The translations under genes and the position numbers were made by a program. A DNA stretch of 42,290 nucleotides. Origin: a virus. Within the stretch, counting starts at the first letter, position 1, and the number at the start of each line of letters is the position of its first letter. Shown piece after piece: positions 7,791 to 16,143 of the stretch. The DNA lies in IMG/VR virus record IMGVR_UViG_3300021387_000086, positions 1 to 42,290 of that record; one strand, written 5' to 3'. The notes below the pieces were generated by a model. The model was given only the letters and a program-made list of their open reading frames with translations. It had not been told where the DNA came from and did no database searches.

Positions 7791-8348
7791 TTATCCCAGC
7801 ACATTGTCATCGGGGTTGTTTCCACCGCCATTCGAGCCGCCGTTGCCGCCTTGGTTCTCTTTGCGACGAATCAGCGGTTTGACGTGCGTCTCGTTGAGTT
7901 TCTTGCCCTCCAACTCATCCGCCAAAGCCTCGTTGCCACCGTCCTCGGTCTCGAAATAGAGACGAGCCTTGATGTCCTTCGGATTGACGAACTGCTTGGC
8001 GTTATCCTCGGTCAGTTCGGTGATGGTCGGGTCGATGGCCTGCACGTCCGCCAGACTGATATTCCTGTCGAGTTTCAAGTCCATGTAGATGGTGCAGAAG
8101 CGTTTGCCCTTGAAGCCGAACAGCGGTACGCGGATGCCTTGTGCGGCAAGGTGGATGAGCGTTTCGCCAAACAGTTCGACCGCATCTTGGCAGACCTTTT
8201 CGGGCATCAGACCGTTCATCAGGTGCATGTGCTTCGTGATGTCTTTGATGGATGCCGTACCGCGTGGAGACTCCTCGACGCTGATGGACGGACCCGAACC
8301 GAGCACTTCGTTGCCTTGATTGACGTTAATGTTATATAATGCTTCCAT
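7791..8348 (-). CDS. Hypothetical virion-associated protein with Gly/Asn-rich C-terminus
   Basis: 185 aa; ends NQGGNGGSNGGGNNPDDNVLG. Confidence 0.5.
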   Translation of the reverse strand: MEALYNINVNQGNEVLGSGPSISVEESPRGTASIKDITKHMHLMNGLMPEKVCQDAVELFGETLIHLAAQGIRVPLFGFKGKRFCTIYMDLKLDRNISLADVQAIDPTITELTEDNAKQFVNPKDIKARLYFETEDGGNEALADELEGKKLNETHVKPLIRRKENQGGNGGSNGGGNNPDDNVLG

Positions 8349-8394
8349 ATATTCACCCTGTGCGGCGGGATTTGTTGTTAGTCCGCACCCGTTT

Positions 8395-8465
8395 TTATAG
8401 TGTCGTTGGTTGCGTCGTTATAGTGACGCTTGGGTTGTTGTTATAGTGACGCCGACTTGGTGCCG
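8395..8465. repeat. Three tandem ~23-bp repeats (TTATAGTGWCGY...)
   Basis: Units at 8395-8417, 8418-8440 and 8441-8465, read directly; intergenic. Confidence 0.85.
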
Positions 8466-8477
8466 TTGGTAGAACGG

Positions 8478-9416
8478 TTAGGGGGTGGGTTCGCCTTCCA
8501 TCGTGAACGCTCCGCTTGATGCTGCGTTGGGATAGAAGATGCCTGTCACAAGGTCAATCATTCCAAGCGTGTCTTTTGCCTGCGCCACACCCGTTGATAC
8601 TTTGTCTGCGCTCCAAGCCTTACCAAGTCGGAAAGGCAAAAATGCTCTTACGAGATTACCAGACGATATAATGTTATATTTCCCATATCCGTATTTAGAA
8701 ATGAACAAATACCCTCCTGCGTCTCTTTGATACCATGCGTAAATGGCAAAATTAGTTTCGCGCGGTTCTCCGACACTTCCGCTATATGTTCCTTCCTTCA
8801 CTATGGTATCATCGGCTAATAACTTAAATCTTCCACCAGATGCCTCAAATGTGGATTCTCTGTCAAGTATATTGCTCCATGATACACCGAAGTTTTTATT
8901 CGCGTTCGATCCAAGGTTCGCGTATAATGTACTTCCTTGAAGATGGAGTCCAAAATATCCATTACCGGAACCATATCGACGTCCAAACATAAGATGCCAT
9001 CCGCTTGGTTCAGGAACAACCTTATGGACAATAAACTCTACTTTTATATTATCGTCGGGTAATGTTATATTAGCATTTAAGTAAGCCGTTCCATCTCCAA
9101 CCAGCCACCTCACCGGCATCGTCACTCCTTGCGGCTCCAGTCCGAGGCTGCATACCATCATCGGGTCTTCGTTGATGAACCCAGCCAGCGCGGTAGCCTT
9201 GGCCTTATCGCTCGCAGCGATGCCGTTCAGGTATTTATTCGTTGCCTGTATCACCGCCGGACCATCCACACCAAACGCCGCCATAATGGCTTGCGTGGCC
9301 CAAGGCTTCAGCCAACGGGACGTGCCGAGCATGTCGAGACTACCGAGCGATGCAGCGGTGATGCGGTATCGGCCGAAGCCTGCCGCCGTGAGATATTGTG
9401 CGCCCTTGCCGATCAT
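8478..9416 (-). CDS. Putative tail fibre / receptor-binding protein
   Basis: 312 aa. Beta-rich lectin-like C-terminal region GWHLMFGRRYGSGNGYFGLHLQGSTLYANLGSNANKNF. Sits in the tail-fibre block. Confidence 0.5.
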   Translation of the reverse strand: MIGKGAQYLTAAGFGRYRITAASLGSLDMLGTSRWLKPWATQAIMAAFGVDGPAVIQATNKYLNGIAASDKAKATALAGFINEDPMMVCSLGLEPQGVTMPVRWLVGDGTAYLNANITLPDDNIKVEFIVHKVVPEPSGWHLMFGRRYGSGNGYFGLHLQGSTLYANLGSNANKNFGVSWSNILDRESTFEASGGRFKLLADDTIVKEGTYSGSVGEPRETNFAIYAWYQRDAGGYLFISKYGYGKYNIISSGNLVRAFLPFRLGKAWSADKVSTGVAQAKDTLGMIDLVTGIFYPNAASSGAFTMEGEPTP

Positions 9417-9730
9417 ACCGTCACCTCCTCGCCTCCGATATACATGATGCTGTCATACACCGTGTGGCTGATGCTGCCCTGCCCGTCCTGCCAGTCTTGC
9501 GTCACAAGCCGCTCATGCTCGGTCTCACCCGTTCCCGGCTGCCGTGCAAACGCATTGACGATGCCCTCCACGTTGTCCTGCGTGCCGACATTGCGGATGG
9601 TGAATGTGTCCGCAATCTGCTGTGCCTGCTGTACCGGCTCAAGGATTTTGAGGTTGATGTACTCTATCAGCCACGTCGCCTTGACCTTGAACAAAAAGTT
9701 GTCAAATAGTTTTCTTACTGAATCTGTCAT
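9413..9730 (-). CDS. Hypothetical protein (105 aa)
   Basis: ATGA coupling to the downstream gene. Confidence 0.55.
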   Translation of the reverse strand: MTDSVRKLFDNFLFKVKATWLIEYINLKILEPVQQAQQIADTFTIRNVGTQDNVEGIVNAFARQPGTGETEHERLVTQDWQDGQGSISHTVYDSIMYIGGEEVTV

Positions 9731-9749
9731 ATCTCTTTGATTTTAATTG

Positions 9750-10322
9750 TTACTCCCCTGCGCCGCCTTCGGAACCGCTACCCGAACCGCTGCCGGAACC
9801 ACTGCCACTGCCGCTGCCGGAACCGCCGTGTATGATGGCTCTCGTGTCCGCCGTGATCGTGGCTGCTTGCTGTGGGGTGATATAGCCCATGTTCACGGCC
9901 ACATACTCCAGATAGTCGTACACATCGTCCTCGTCCATGAGGCCTACGGGTTCGACCACCTCCTCACCGCCATCCTCTGTCACCACCTTGACCGTCTCGC
10001 CATCCGAAACCAGGCCGAAGAAGGACTTGATGTCCGTTGCTGCATCCGACTCGACGGTATCGACGTAGATCTTGATGAGCAACTTATCACCCACCGCAAC
10101 AGGCGGAAGGTTGACGAACTGGAGCGTGTAGTTCCTGGTTCCATCCTCCAACGGCAAGGATTGAAACATCGTCATACTCATAAACTTGAGCGGCGTATAG
10201 ACAGCCTTGCCGGTTGTCTTATTGAGCACGCCAAGTATATTGTCCTTGGTCAGACCGGCGTCGTAATTGAAGTACGCCCGGTTGGCTTGTGTAGCCTCTA
10301 CATGTAGGATGATATCTCTCAT
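9750..10322 (-). CDS. Virion protein with C-terminal G(GS)9-EGGAGE tail
   Basis: 190 aa; tail encoded at 9753..9827 with mixed Ser codons (tcc, agc, agt, tcg). Confidence 0.65.
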   Translation of the reverse strand: MRDIILHVEATQANRAYFNYDAGLTKDNILGVLNKTTGKAVYTPLKFMSMTMFQSLPLEDGTRNYTLQFVNLPPVAVGDKLLIKIYVDTVESDAATDIKSFFGLVSDGETVKVVTEDGGEEVVEPVGLMDEDDVYDYLEYVAVNMGYITPQQAATITADTRAIIHGGSGSGSGSGSGSGSGSGSEGGAGE

Positions 10323-10324
10323 AA

Positions 10325-10915
10325 CTATAATACGATGCCTGCCGCCGCTAAGTCGTACAGGTCTTGGTTAACTTCATCTTGCGATTTCTCGAAATTCTCA
10401 TCATCGACCTCGTCCGTATCGTGGCGGTGACCGAGTTGGCTGTAGGTAGCATCCGCAACCTGTCTCCAGTCTTCGAAGGTAACGTAACCATCGGCGGTAT
10501 AGATAGACTCCTGACCGATGACACGTTGCGCAGCTACCGGAGCCGATAACTCGACCGTCACCTTCAGACCATTAGCCGCACTCGCTCCGGCTGTCGTGTC
10601 CTGCGTAGAGACCTCCGGAACAGAAGCCTTGCCGCCGATGAGCCACTTAGCTCCGGCAACCGTCTGCACGAGGAACACGTACCTCCCCGGCTTGAACTCC
10701 GAGAGGCAGGTGAACGTGAGCGTCACCTTCTGGTTGCCGCCGTTGTGCTCGTTGCTGTCGCTGATCACCAACTGACCATCGTCCAACACATAGAGCGCCG
10801 TGAACGTCAGACCGGCGATGTTCACCGGCAGACCTGCCATGCCCTGAATCTCGTAATCGTCCGGAACACTGGCTGCAGGGCAATATCCGATGTTCCTAAT
10901 GCCTGGTATTCTCAT
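10325..10915 (-). CDS. Hypothetical virion protein (196 aa)
   Basis: ATGA overlap with the upstream gene; beta-rich. Confidence 0.55.
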   Translation of the reverse strand: MRIPGIRNIGYCPAASVPDDYEIQGMAGLPVNIAGLTFTALYVLDDGQLVISDSNEHNGGNQKVTLTFTCLSEFKPGRYVFLVQTVAGAKWLIGGKASVPEVSTQDTTAGASAANGLKVTVELSAPVAAQRVIGQESIYTADGYVTFEDWRQVADATYSQLGHRHDTDEVDDENFEKSQDEVNQDLYDLAAAGIVL

Positions 10916-11472
10916 TTGCTGTGTTTTTTATTCCATTCTTGCTTATAGAGCCGGCGCCACATCTCGCTGATGGTGTGCTTGTGCTCGTAGTCGATGCCGT
11001 TATTCTCCATGAAGGCCTCGATGAACTCCGCCCGGTTCGGAGCGTACCCGCTTCGCACTGTTCTGCTACTGAAGATCACCTTACCCATGAACTTCGACAG
11101 CTCCATCCGGAAGTGGTTTCGGACGGTCTGCTCCAGCAGCTCCTCCGATGCCGGAGAGAGATAGTTGTAGTACTGCGTCGGTTTACCGAGAAATTCCGGA
11201 ATAAGGATGCAGATCGTTGCGTCCTTGGGAATAGGCTTCGGTATCGGGTCCGGCTGCTTCGCCAGACATTGCTCAAGTATCAGGTTCTCGATGGATCCTC
11301 TCCGGGTGACAACGACATCCAAATCTCTCGGTTCCACATCACACTCATACCGGAAAGGAGGCAGCGTCTTATTCTCATAGTTACGCAACCGGTGCATCTC
11401 ATGAGCGAACCACTGCGCCAGATAGCGCGGCCACCGAAGGTATAAGTAATATTTGTCTTGCCGTTTTTCCAT
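10912..11472 (-). CDS. Hypothetical protein heading the tail-fibre/lysis operon (possible late regulator)
   Basis: 186 aa; first gene after promoter 11489. Confidence 0.55.
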   Translation of the reverse strand: MEKRQDKYYLYLRWPRYLAQWFAHEMHRLRNYENKTLPPFRYECDVEPRDLDVVVTRRGSIENLILEQCLAKQPDPIPKPIPKDATICILIPEFLGKPTQYYNYLSPASEELLEQTVRNHFRMELSKFMGKVIFSSRTVRSGYAPNRAEFIEAFMENNGIDYEHKHTISEMWRRLYKQEWNKKHSK

Positions 11473-11488
11473 AGTTATAAATAGTTTG

Positions 11489-11496
11489 CAAAGTTA
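11489..11496 (-). promoter_or_regulatory. Bacteroides-type -7 promoter box (TAACTTTG)
   Basis: Minus strand TTTTAGTAACTTTGCAAAC, 16 nt upstream of ATG 11472. Confidence 0.6.
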
Positions 11497-11592
11497 CTAA
11501 AATTCTGCCAATTACGCAAAATTTTACTGTCCTATTATGAACTCATTTTCGCTACTTTTGACAGCTGCTATTCAGAGCGTCAGAAGTAGTGT

Positions 11593-11865
11593 CTAATTCC
11601 CCCTCCGGATGTTCATTTTTCCGGCTCTATCGGACCAATCGAAGCCGATGATCAGCTGCTGACCGTCGGACATGGGGCAACCGGCTGCTCTCATCACACT
11701 TGACAGAAGCAGTTCCTCCAACTTGCAGAGAGTGTTGCACTCCAGTTTCCGGTACACCGTAGAACGTGACCAACCTGCCCAATCCATGAGCACACGAAGA
11801 ACCCACCTCCGGGCAGACGCCGGAAGCGCATTGTATTCAGAAAGATGACCTTCAGAAACACTCAT
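11593..11865 (-). CDS. Small HTH protein, excisionase/regulator-like
   Basis: ATG at 11865 (track start 11874 is TTG). GWSRSTVYRKLE is a typical recognition-helix pattern. It has its own promoter. Confidence 0.55.
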   Translation of the reverse strand: MSVSEGHLSEYNALPASARRWVLRVLMDWAGWSRSTVYRKLECNTLCKLEELLLSSVMRAAGCPMSDGQQLIIGFDWSDRAGKMNIRRGN

Positions 11866-11925
11866 AACCGCCAATTCTTAAAAATGTACTATCTTTAAGA
11901 TTGGGCAGTGATTCAGAATCGGGTG

Positions 11926-11933
11926 CAAAGGTA
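11926..11933 (-). promoter_or_regulatory. Bacteroides-type -7 promoter box (TACCTTTG)
   Basis: Minus strand TGTCAAAAAAAAGTCGTACCTTTGCACCC. Confidence 0.6.
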
Positions 11934-12022
11934 CGACTTTTTTTTGACATATGCAAGTTTCGCCCGCATTTTTCCTATAGGAAGGAGAAAAAATTCTAGA
12001 AAGCCGGCTTCGCGAAAAATCT

Positions 12023-12154
12023 TGTTTCTTTGGGTTTAACTTACTTATTTATAGATACTTAGATAGAAACATTTAATGAAACAATATCGAAACATTGTGA
12101 AACACTTTGCACGCTAAAGAAACAAAATGAAACAAAATCGGTGCAAAATGTTTC
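12023..12154. repeat. GAAACA iteron array (six direct copies at 10-12 bp phasing, flanked by inverted TGTTTC copies)
   Basis: Direct copies at 12066, 12078, 12089, 12099, 12119 and 12129; inverted copies at 12023 and 12149. Confidence 0.8.
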
Positions 12155-12355
12155 GCGCTAAGTTGCTGATTTGTCGCATTTTAGAGCAGTTTGCCTACTT
12201 TGGAAACGAATTTTTCAAAAATCGGCGAGTTTTTAACCTCCTCCTACTTCTTATAATGGGGATAGGGCGTTAAAAAAAACGCCACCAAAAAGTGACGTTC
12301 CTTAATATTCGGCTCCGGCTTGCCGCCGTCGCCGGGAAAATTACCATCGGTCGGA

Positions 12356-12583
12356 TCACTGCGCTGCTGGTGACGGGTCAACCGGATGCAACTCCAGCTT
12401 CAGAGAGTAATGCTCATCGGAAACAGTGTCGAAGGTAGTAGTCAGACGCATCCTGCCACCTGCCTCCTCGACGAAGGTAAACTCCACCGGCTTGTGGTTC
12501 GGAGCTACGGACAGCGACAGAGTACGCAAGATCTTCCGAACACCGAGGTTCGAGAGATTGTCGGGGATAATGGCTTGTATCAT
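12356..12583 (-). CDS. Hypothetical protein (75 aa)
   Basis: Compact ORF 13 nt downstream of the preceding small gene. Confidence 0.5.
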   Translation of the reverse strand: MIQAIIPDNLSNLGVRKILRTLSLSVAPNHKPVEFTFVEEAGGRMRLTTTFDTVSDEHYSLKLELHPVDPSPAAQ

Positions 12584-12595
12584 AGCTGCACCCTC

Positions 12596-12799
12596 CTAAC
12601 ACATGAAGTTAATACAAAGGATCTTCCCGCCGATCATGGCCGTCATGGATGAATACGACTCATCCTGAACGAGTTGGGCTTTGACTGTCTCTCCTTCTGC
12701 CTTCAGACCGTTGGCAATCCGGAAGAGATGTTTCTTGATTTCATCGACATTGATGTTTTTCTCGATACGAAGGTTCGAGTTGTTTTCGCCTTGTAACAT
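12596..12799 (-). CDS. Hypothetical protein (67 aa)
   Basis: ATG 12799, preceded by the conserved leader motif. Confidence 0.5.
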   Translation of the reverse strand: MLQGENNSNLRIEKNINVDEIKKHLFRIANGLKAEGETVKAQLVQDESYSSMTAMIGGKILCINFMC

Positions 12800-12801
12800 A
12801 G

Positions 12802-12862
12802 CTTTTTAGTATTTAGACAAAATAAATATCGGTCACGACCCGCTGTCTAAGCTACTAAAAAG
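12802..12862 (-). promoter_or_regulatory. Extended imperfect hairpin sequestering the translation-initiation leader of gene 12596..12799
   Basis: TTAGACA (12813-12819) pairs with TGTCTAA (12845-12851), AGTA with TACT, and CTTTTT with AAAAAG. Confidence 0.45.
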
Positions 12863-12934
12863 AAGAGCTCGAGCGACCATTACAGTCAACTCACGGGTGT
12901 AACCGATACTACAATTCTGGTTAGACTGAGCATT

Positions 12935-12956
12935 AAAAAAAACCGCTCACTTGCGG
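12935..12956 (-). terminator. Terminator/attenuator about 50 nt downstream of promoter 12991
   Basis: Minus strand CCGC-aagtga-GCGG followed by T8; the stem is short. Confidence 0.45.
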
Positions 12957-12990
12957 CAGACTTCTCTCAGTCGCCCTTCTTTTATTTAAC

Positions 12991-12998
12991 TTAGACGG
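12991..12998 (-). promoter_or_regulatory. Bacteroides-type -7 promoter box (TATCTTTG)
   Basis: Minus strand TGTCAGAAAAAAGCAGTATCTTTGCACCGTCTAA. Confidence 0.6.
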
Positions 12999-13340
12999 TG
13001 CAAAGATACTGCTTTTTTCTGACATGACCAAATTTTTCGGCAAAAAAATGCGCTAACTCTTTCATTTTTCCGAAAATTAGCCGTTTTTTTGACATTTGTT
13101 TACTCACTTTTCTTCAATTCTTCCATAATTTGGAAAATTGAAAGCCTTGAAAAATCAGGGGGTGACAGGGGGAATTATCGAAAAAATTCCCCTTGTTTGC
13201 CTCAATCGAGCCCCCGCACTGCCTGCGTCTTGGGCGAGGAGCGCGCTTCATTTGGAAGCGGAATATGCAGAGGGGTTCGGGAAAGGAGAGAGTTCGACCG
13301 CGAGAGAGGTTCGCGCTGATGAACGAGATAGTCCACACGC

Positions 13341-13550
13341 GAGGACTATGGAGTTAGCGCGTGAGGTCTATGGGTTAGCACGCAAGAGTTTTTGCTCGAC
13401 ATAGGGGGAGGTTCGGAGGTGCGAGTTATACAATGAGTTATAACCCGAGTTATCGCGAGTTATTGCGTGAGGTCTATGTGTGGGGTCTATGGGTGAGGTC
13501 TATAGGCACATATAGAAAGAGTGCAACCTACAAAGAAAAAGGTGCAACCT
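13341..13550. repeat. Composite iteron region (GAGTTAT x4, GRGGTCTATR x4-5, GTGCAACCT x2)
   Basis: GAGTTAT at 13423, 13435, 13447 and 13457. GAGGTCTATG-type copies at 13363, 13469, 13482 and 13495. GTGCAACCT at 13521 and 13542. Confidence 0.85.
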
Positions 13551-13605
13551 AATAGGCTACACCTTGCGGGTTTTTGCTCATCTTATAAATGAGACAAGCA
13601 AAGGG

Positions 13606-13920
13606 TTACTCTGCTTCATCGTTCGGGGGTGGGTCGGAGGGGGCGGGGGTTCTGCCATTGCTACCATTGCCGCGTGCCTCCACCGAGAGGTTGCCGAGAG
13701 TTGTCTTGAAATAGTGTGCTTCTTGCAGAACGGGTCTAATCTGTGATACCGTTAGCGGCACGCACAACAGACAACCGTACTGAAATACCGATTGGTCAAT
13801 AATGCCGAGCGGCGGTACTACGAACCCTGCGACGCCCAGACCTATCATAGAGATGGTACTGAGCACGAACACCAGGCTATGCCATGGGAAGTTCTTCCAG
13901 TCGATTACTACCTTTTTCAT
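13606..13920 (-). CDS. Small membrane protein (two TM helices; holin-like candidate)
   Basis: SLVFVLSTISMIGLGVAGFVV and VFQYGCLLCVPLTV hydrophobic segments; Pro/acidic C-tail. Confidence 0.55.
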   Translation of the reverse strand: MKKVVIDWKNFPWHSLVFVLSTISMIGLGVAGFVVPPLGIIDQSVFQYGCLLCVPLTVSQIRPVLQEAHYFKTTLGNLSVEARGNGSNGRTPAPSDPPPNDEAE

Positions 13921-13922
13921 AC

Positions 13923-14387
13923 CTATTGAATTTTGAGATTGAGATTATCGAATGTGGTTGATATCATGCCGACGAACTGCTCCTGTATAGAGCGAGCCAT
14001 AAAGTCCTTCATGTTCATGATCGATGCGTAGTACTTAATAGAGAACCAGGGGCGCACCTCTCGAAACTTACGAGCCTTGCCGGCTTTGGTCACTTCCCCT
14101 ATATCGCCGGGATTGCCGATTGCTTTCTCTGCACCGGTACCGCGGTCTTGGAAGATACCGTATTCCGGAAAGGTGAAGTGCAACGCCAGTTCCATGTAGG
14201 TGTCGTCGTGCTTGACGGGGAAGTACATGAGGCTATCGATCAGGTGGGGCTGCCCTTGACGCTGCTTGCGCCGGGGTGCTTCGTACACTCCCAGCTTCAC
14301 AATGCGCTCCTGCCAGATCTTGGTCATGGTGGTGTTCCATGCCTCCACGTACTTCTGACGCTCTTCTATGGTCTGAACCTCTGCCAT
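13923..14387 (-). CDS. Putative head-tail adaptor (HK97 gp10-like, weak)
   Basis: 154 aa. DRGTGAEKAIGNPGD...REVRPWF resembles the gp10-family pattern. TAATG overlap with the upstream gene. Confidence 0.45.
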   Translation of the reverse strand: MAEVQTIEERQKYVEAWNTTMTKIWQERIVKLGVYEAPRRKQRQGQPHLIDSLMYFPVKHDDTYMELALHFTFPEYGIFQDRGTGAEKAIGNPGDIGEVTKAGKARKFREVRPWFSIKYYASIMNMKDFMARSIQEQFVGMISTTFDNLNLKIQ

Positions 14388-15361
14388 TACTCGATAGTGA
14401 TCATATCGTTACGCCTCGTGTCCGAATATACCATGGTCATCTCGATGGATATCGGTTTGTTGGGGTCGTTTGAATTGGTGAACTTATAGTCCTTGATGTA
14501 CAATTCCACTTGGGACTGGGTGAACGTAGTGCCGGCGGAAGTGTACGACTCCGACCGGAACACGTACCTTGACCGGAGCATATCGAGGATCCGGGCATAC
14601 ATGAACGACGGAAGCGAAGCGGATTTGACTTTCATCTCCAGCTTCTCCTCGATATCATACCGGCTCTCGATATTCTCCTGACAGGCGACCTCGAAGTCCG
14701 TCGATGGCTCTACTGTTACAGAGCAGGGAATAACGACGGTATCGATACAATTGAACTCGTTGCGATAGCTGAAGCGCTCGAAGGAGTCAAACTCCAGATA
14801 GTAGATCAGGAAATGGCGGTCACCCATCGTGACTTCCGCCTTCACGGCTCCGGTTCTGCCGGGAATGCCGATTGATCCGGCGCCTGCCTGACGGGTTGAG
14901 CCTTGATAGGTCTCGACGCTGCCATCGGACATGGTATAATCCACCTGCCATCCGGAAGCCTCCGTCAGGAAGTAACTGAGGCTGTAGTTATCGCCGGCAC
15001 AAGCCCATCCGGAGAGAAGATGAGAGAAGAACCTGCTTGCGCAGAAAGCATCGGCGGTGATAGACGGATGCTTGCGTACATCTTTCTCGAGGAACAGCAC
15101 ATTCCCCTCATACCGGTCAGTCCAAGCGTATCCGGAGTCCTTATACCAAGAGATCTGAAGGAACGGTGCCGACAGATTATTGAGCTTCATGAACGAAGCA
15201 ACAACCTCCCGCAGTCCCGGATACGTAAAGACGGAGCCGCTCTTGGTCATAGTAGCGTTCCTCACCAGGACCGTATTGCCTACGAGCACGGTGATTGTGT
15301 ATGAGGTGGCGGTGGCATCGGTCTTGCGAGCCTGAGTCTCTATGTCATTCAAGAATATCAT
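14387..15361 (-). CDS. Hypothetical virion protein (324 aa)
   Basis: Long ORF in the head/neck operon. Confidence 0.55.
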   Translation of the reverse strand: MIFLNDIETQARKTDATATSYTITVLVGNTVLVRNATMTKSGSVFTYPGLREVVASFMKLNNLSAPFLQISWYKDSGYAWTDRYEGNVLFLEKDVRKHPSITADAFCASRFFSHLLSGWACAGDNYSLSYFLTEASGWQVDYTMSDGSVETYQGSTRQAGAGSIGIPGRTGAVKAEVTMGDRHFLIYYLEFDSFERFSYRNEFNCIDTVVIPCSVTVEPSTDFEVACQENIESRYDIEEKLEMKVKSASLPSFMYARILDMLRSRYVFRSESYTSAGTTFTQSQVELYIKDYKFTNSNDPNKPISIEMTMVYSDTRRNDMITIE

Positions 15362-15379
15362 ATAGCAATTTCATTTTAG

Positions 15380-15613
15380 TTAGATCATGACCTCACAGCC
15401 GTTGACGGACATGATGAGGATATCGCGGATGGTACGGCACTGGCCGCTGTCGAGCTGTTTGATGCGGCGGGTACCTTTGTACAGGTCGAATTTCAGCCCG
15501 ACGCAGTTGTTAATCTCCAGTCGCCGGCCGTCCTTTGTCAGGACTATCAGGTCCACCGGATCAGGACGCTTGAGCATGTCCCGGACGGTGGTGATGTGTA
15601 TTCGTTGTGCCAT
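15380..15613 (-). CDS. Hypothetical protein (77 aa)
   Basis: ATG 15613, 3 nt after the stop of the PLD-like gene. Confidence 0.5.
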   Translation of the reverse strand: MAQRIHITTVRDMLKRPDPVDLIVLTKDGRRLEINNCVGLKFDLYKGTRRIKQLDSGQCRTIRDILIMSVNGCEVMI

Positions 15614-15615
15614 GT

Positions 15616-16143
15616 TTACTGCATTTTGATGTTGTATAACTCTTTCAAGGGTACCGAATGCCGGTCGCGTATCTCGGTGAAGGACTCCATGAGCTTCCGG
15701 AAGACGCCGGGATCGGTGGTGATGATAGCGGACTCGTGGCGGTTGCCTCGGGTGAGGTTCTGCGAGGTGATGATTGCCACCTGTGTCACTGTTCCGGCGG
15801 TATCGGACTCCAACAGGATGAGCTTCGAGTGATTGTCGGCGAGGTAGAGCCTGTTGATGGTCTGCACGAGGAACGGCCAGAGGCGCAGCGTCTTGTTGGT
15901 GGCTTTATGGTCAAGGACCAATTCGACTTGGGAGACCTTGCCGGACTTCTGGAGGTGCCATAACCGGCGGACGAACTCCTCGGAGATGGAGAACGATGTC
16001 TGCCGGAGGGAGACTTGGCCATCCATCTGCGCCATCGCCCATTCGACCACATCCGCCACCTGCAGTGTATTGGTGAGATACGCCTGCAGGGGGCTTTCGG
16101 ATAACGGGAACAGGACGCTGTCAACTGCCTTATTGCTCGTCAT
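15616..16143 (-). CDS. PLD-superfamily (single HKD, Nuc-like) protein
   Basis: ATG at 16143 overlaps the upstream gene end. NHSKLILLESD...VAIITSQNLT matches H-x-K...[GS/TS]-x-N of phospholipase-D/Nuc enzymes. 175 aa, similar to the size of Nuc. Confidence 0.55.
   Translation of the reverse strand: MTSNKAVDSVLFPLSESPLQAYLTNTLQVADVVEWAMAQMDGQVSLRQTSFSISEEFVRRLWHLQKSGKVSQVELVLDHKATNKTLRLWPFLVQTINRLYLADNHSKLILLESDTAGTVTQVAIITSQNLTRGNRHESAIITTDPGVFRKLMESFTEIRDRHSVPLKELYNIKMQ

Noticed and set aside
6270-9416. Diversity-generating retroelement targeting the fibre or receptor-binding genes
   Set aside because: No reverse transcriptase ORF exists anywhere in the genome, and I saw no template/variable repeat pair.
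12266-12283. GGCGTT-A6-AACGCC hairpin as a terminator for the small-gene unit
   Set aside because: The A/T run is the loop itself and no U-run follows on either strand, so it is only a weak structure.
13089-13404. 76-aa and 88-aa plus-strand ORFs (and a 74-aa minus-strand ORF) in the iteron region
   Set aside because: They overlap each other, span repeat and A/T-rich promoter sequence, and have no start context. I treat the region as non-coding.
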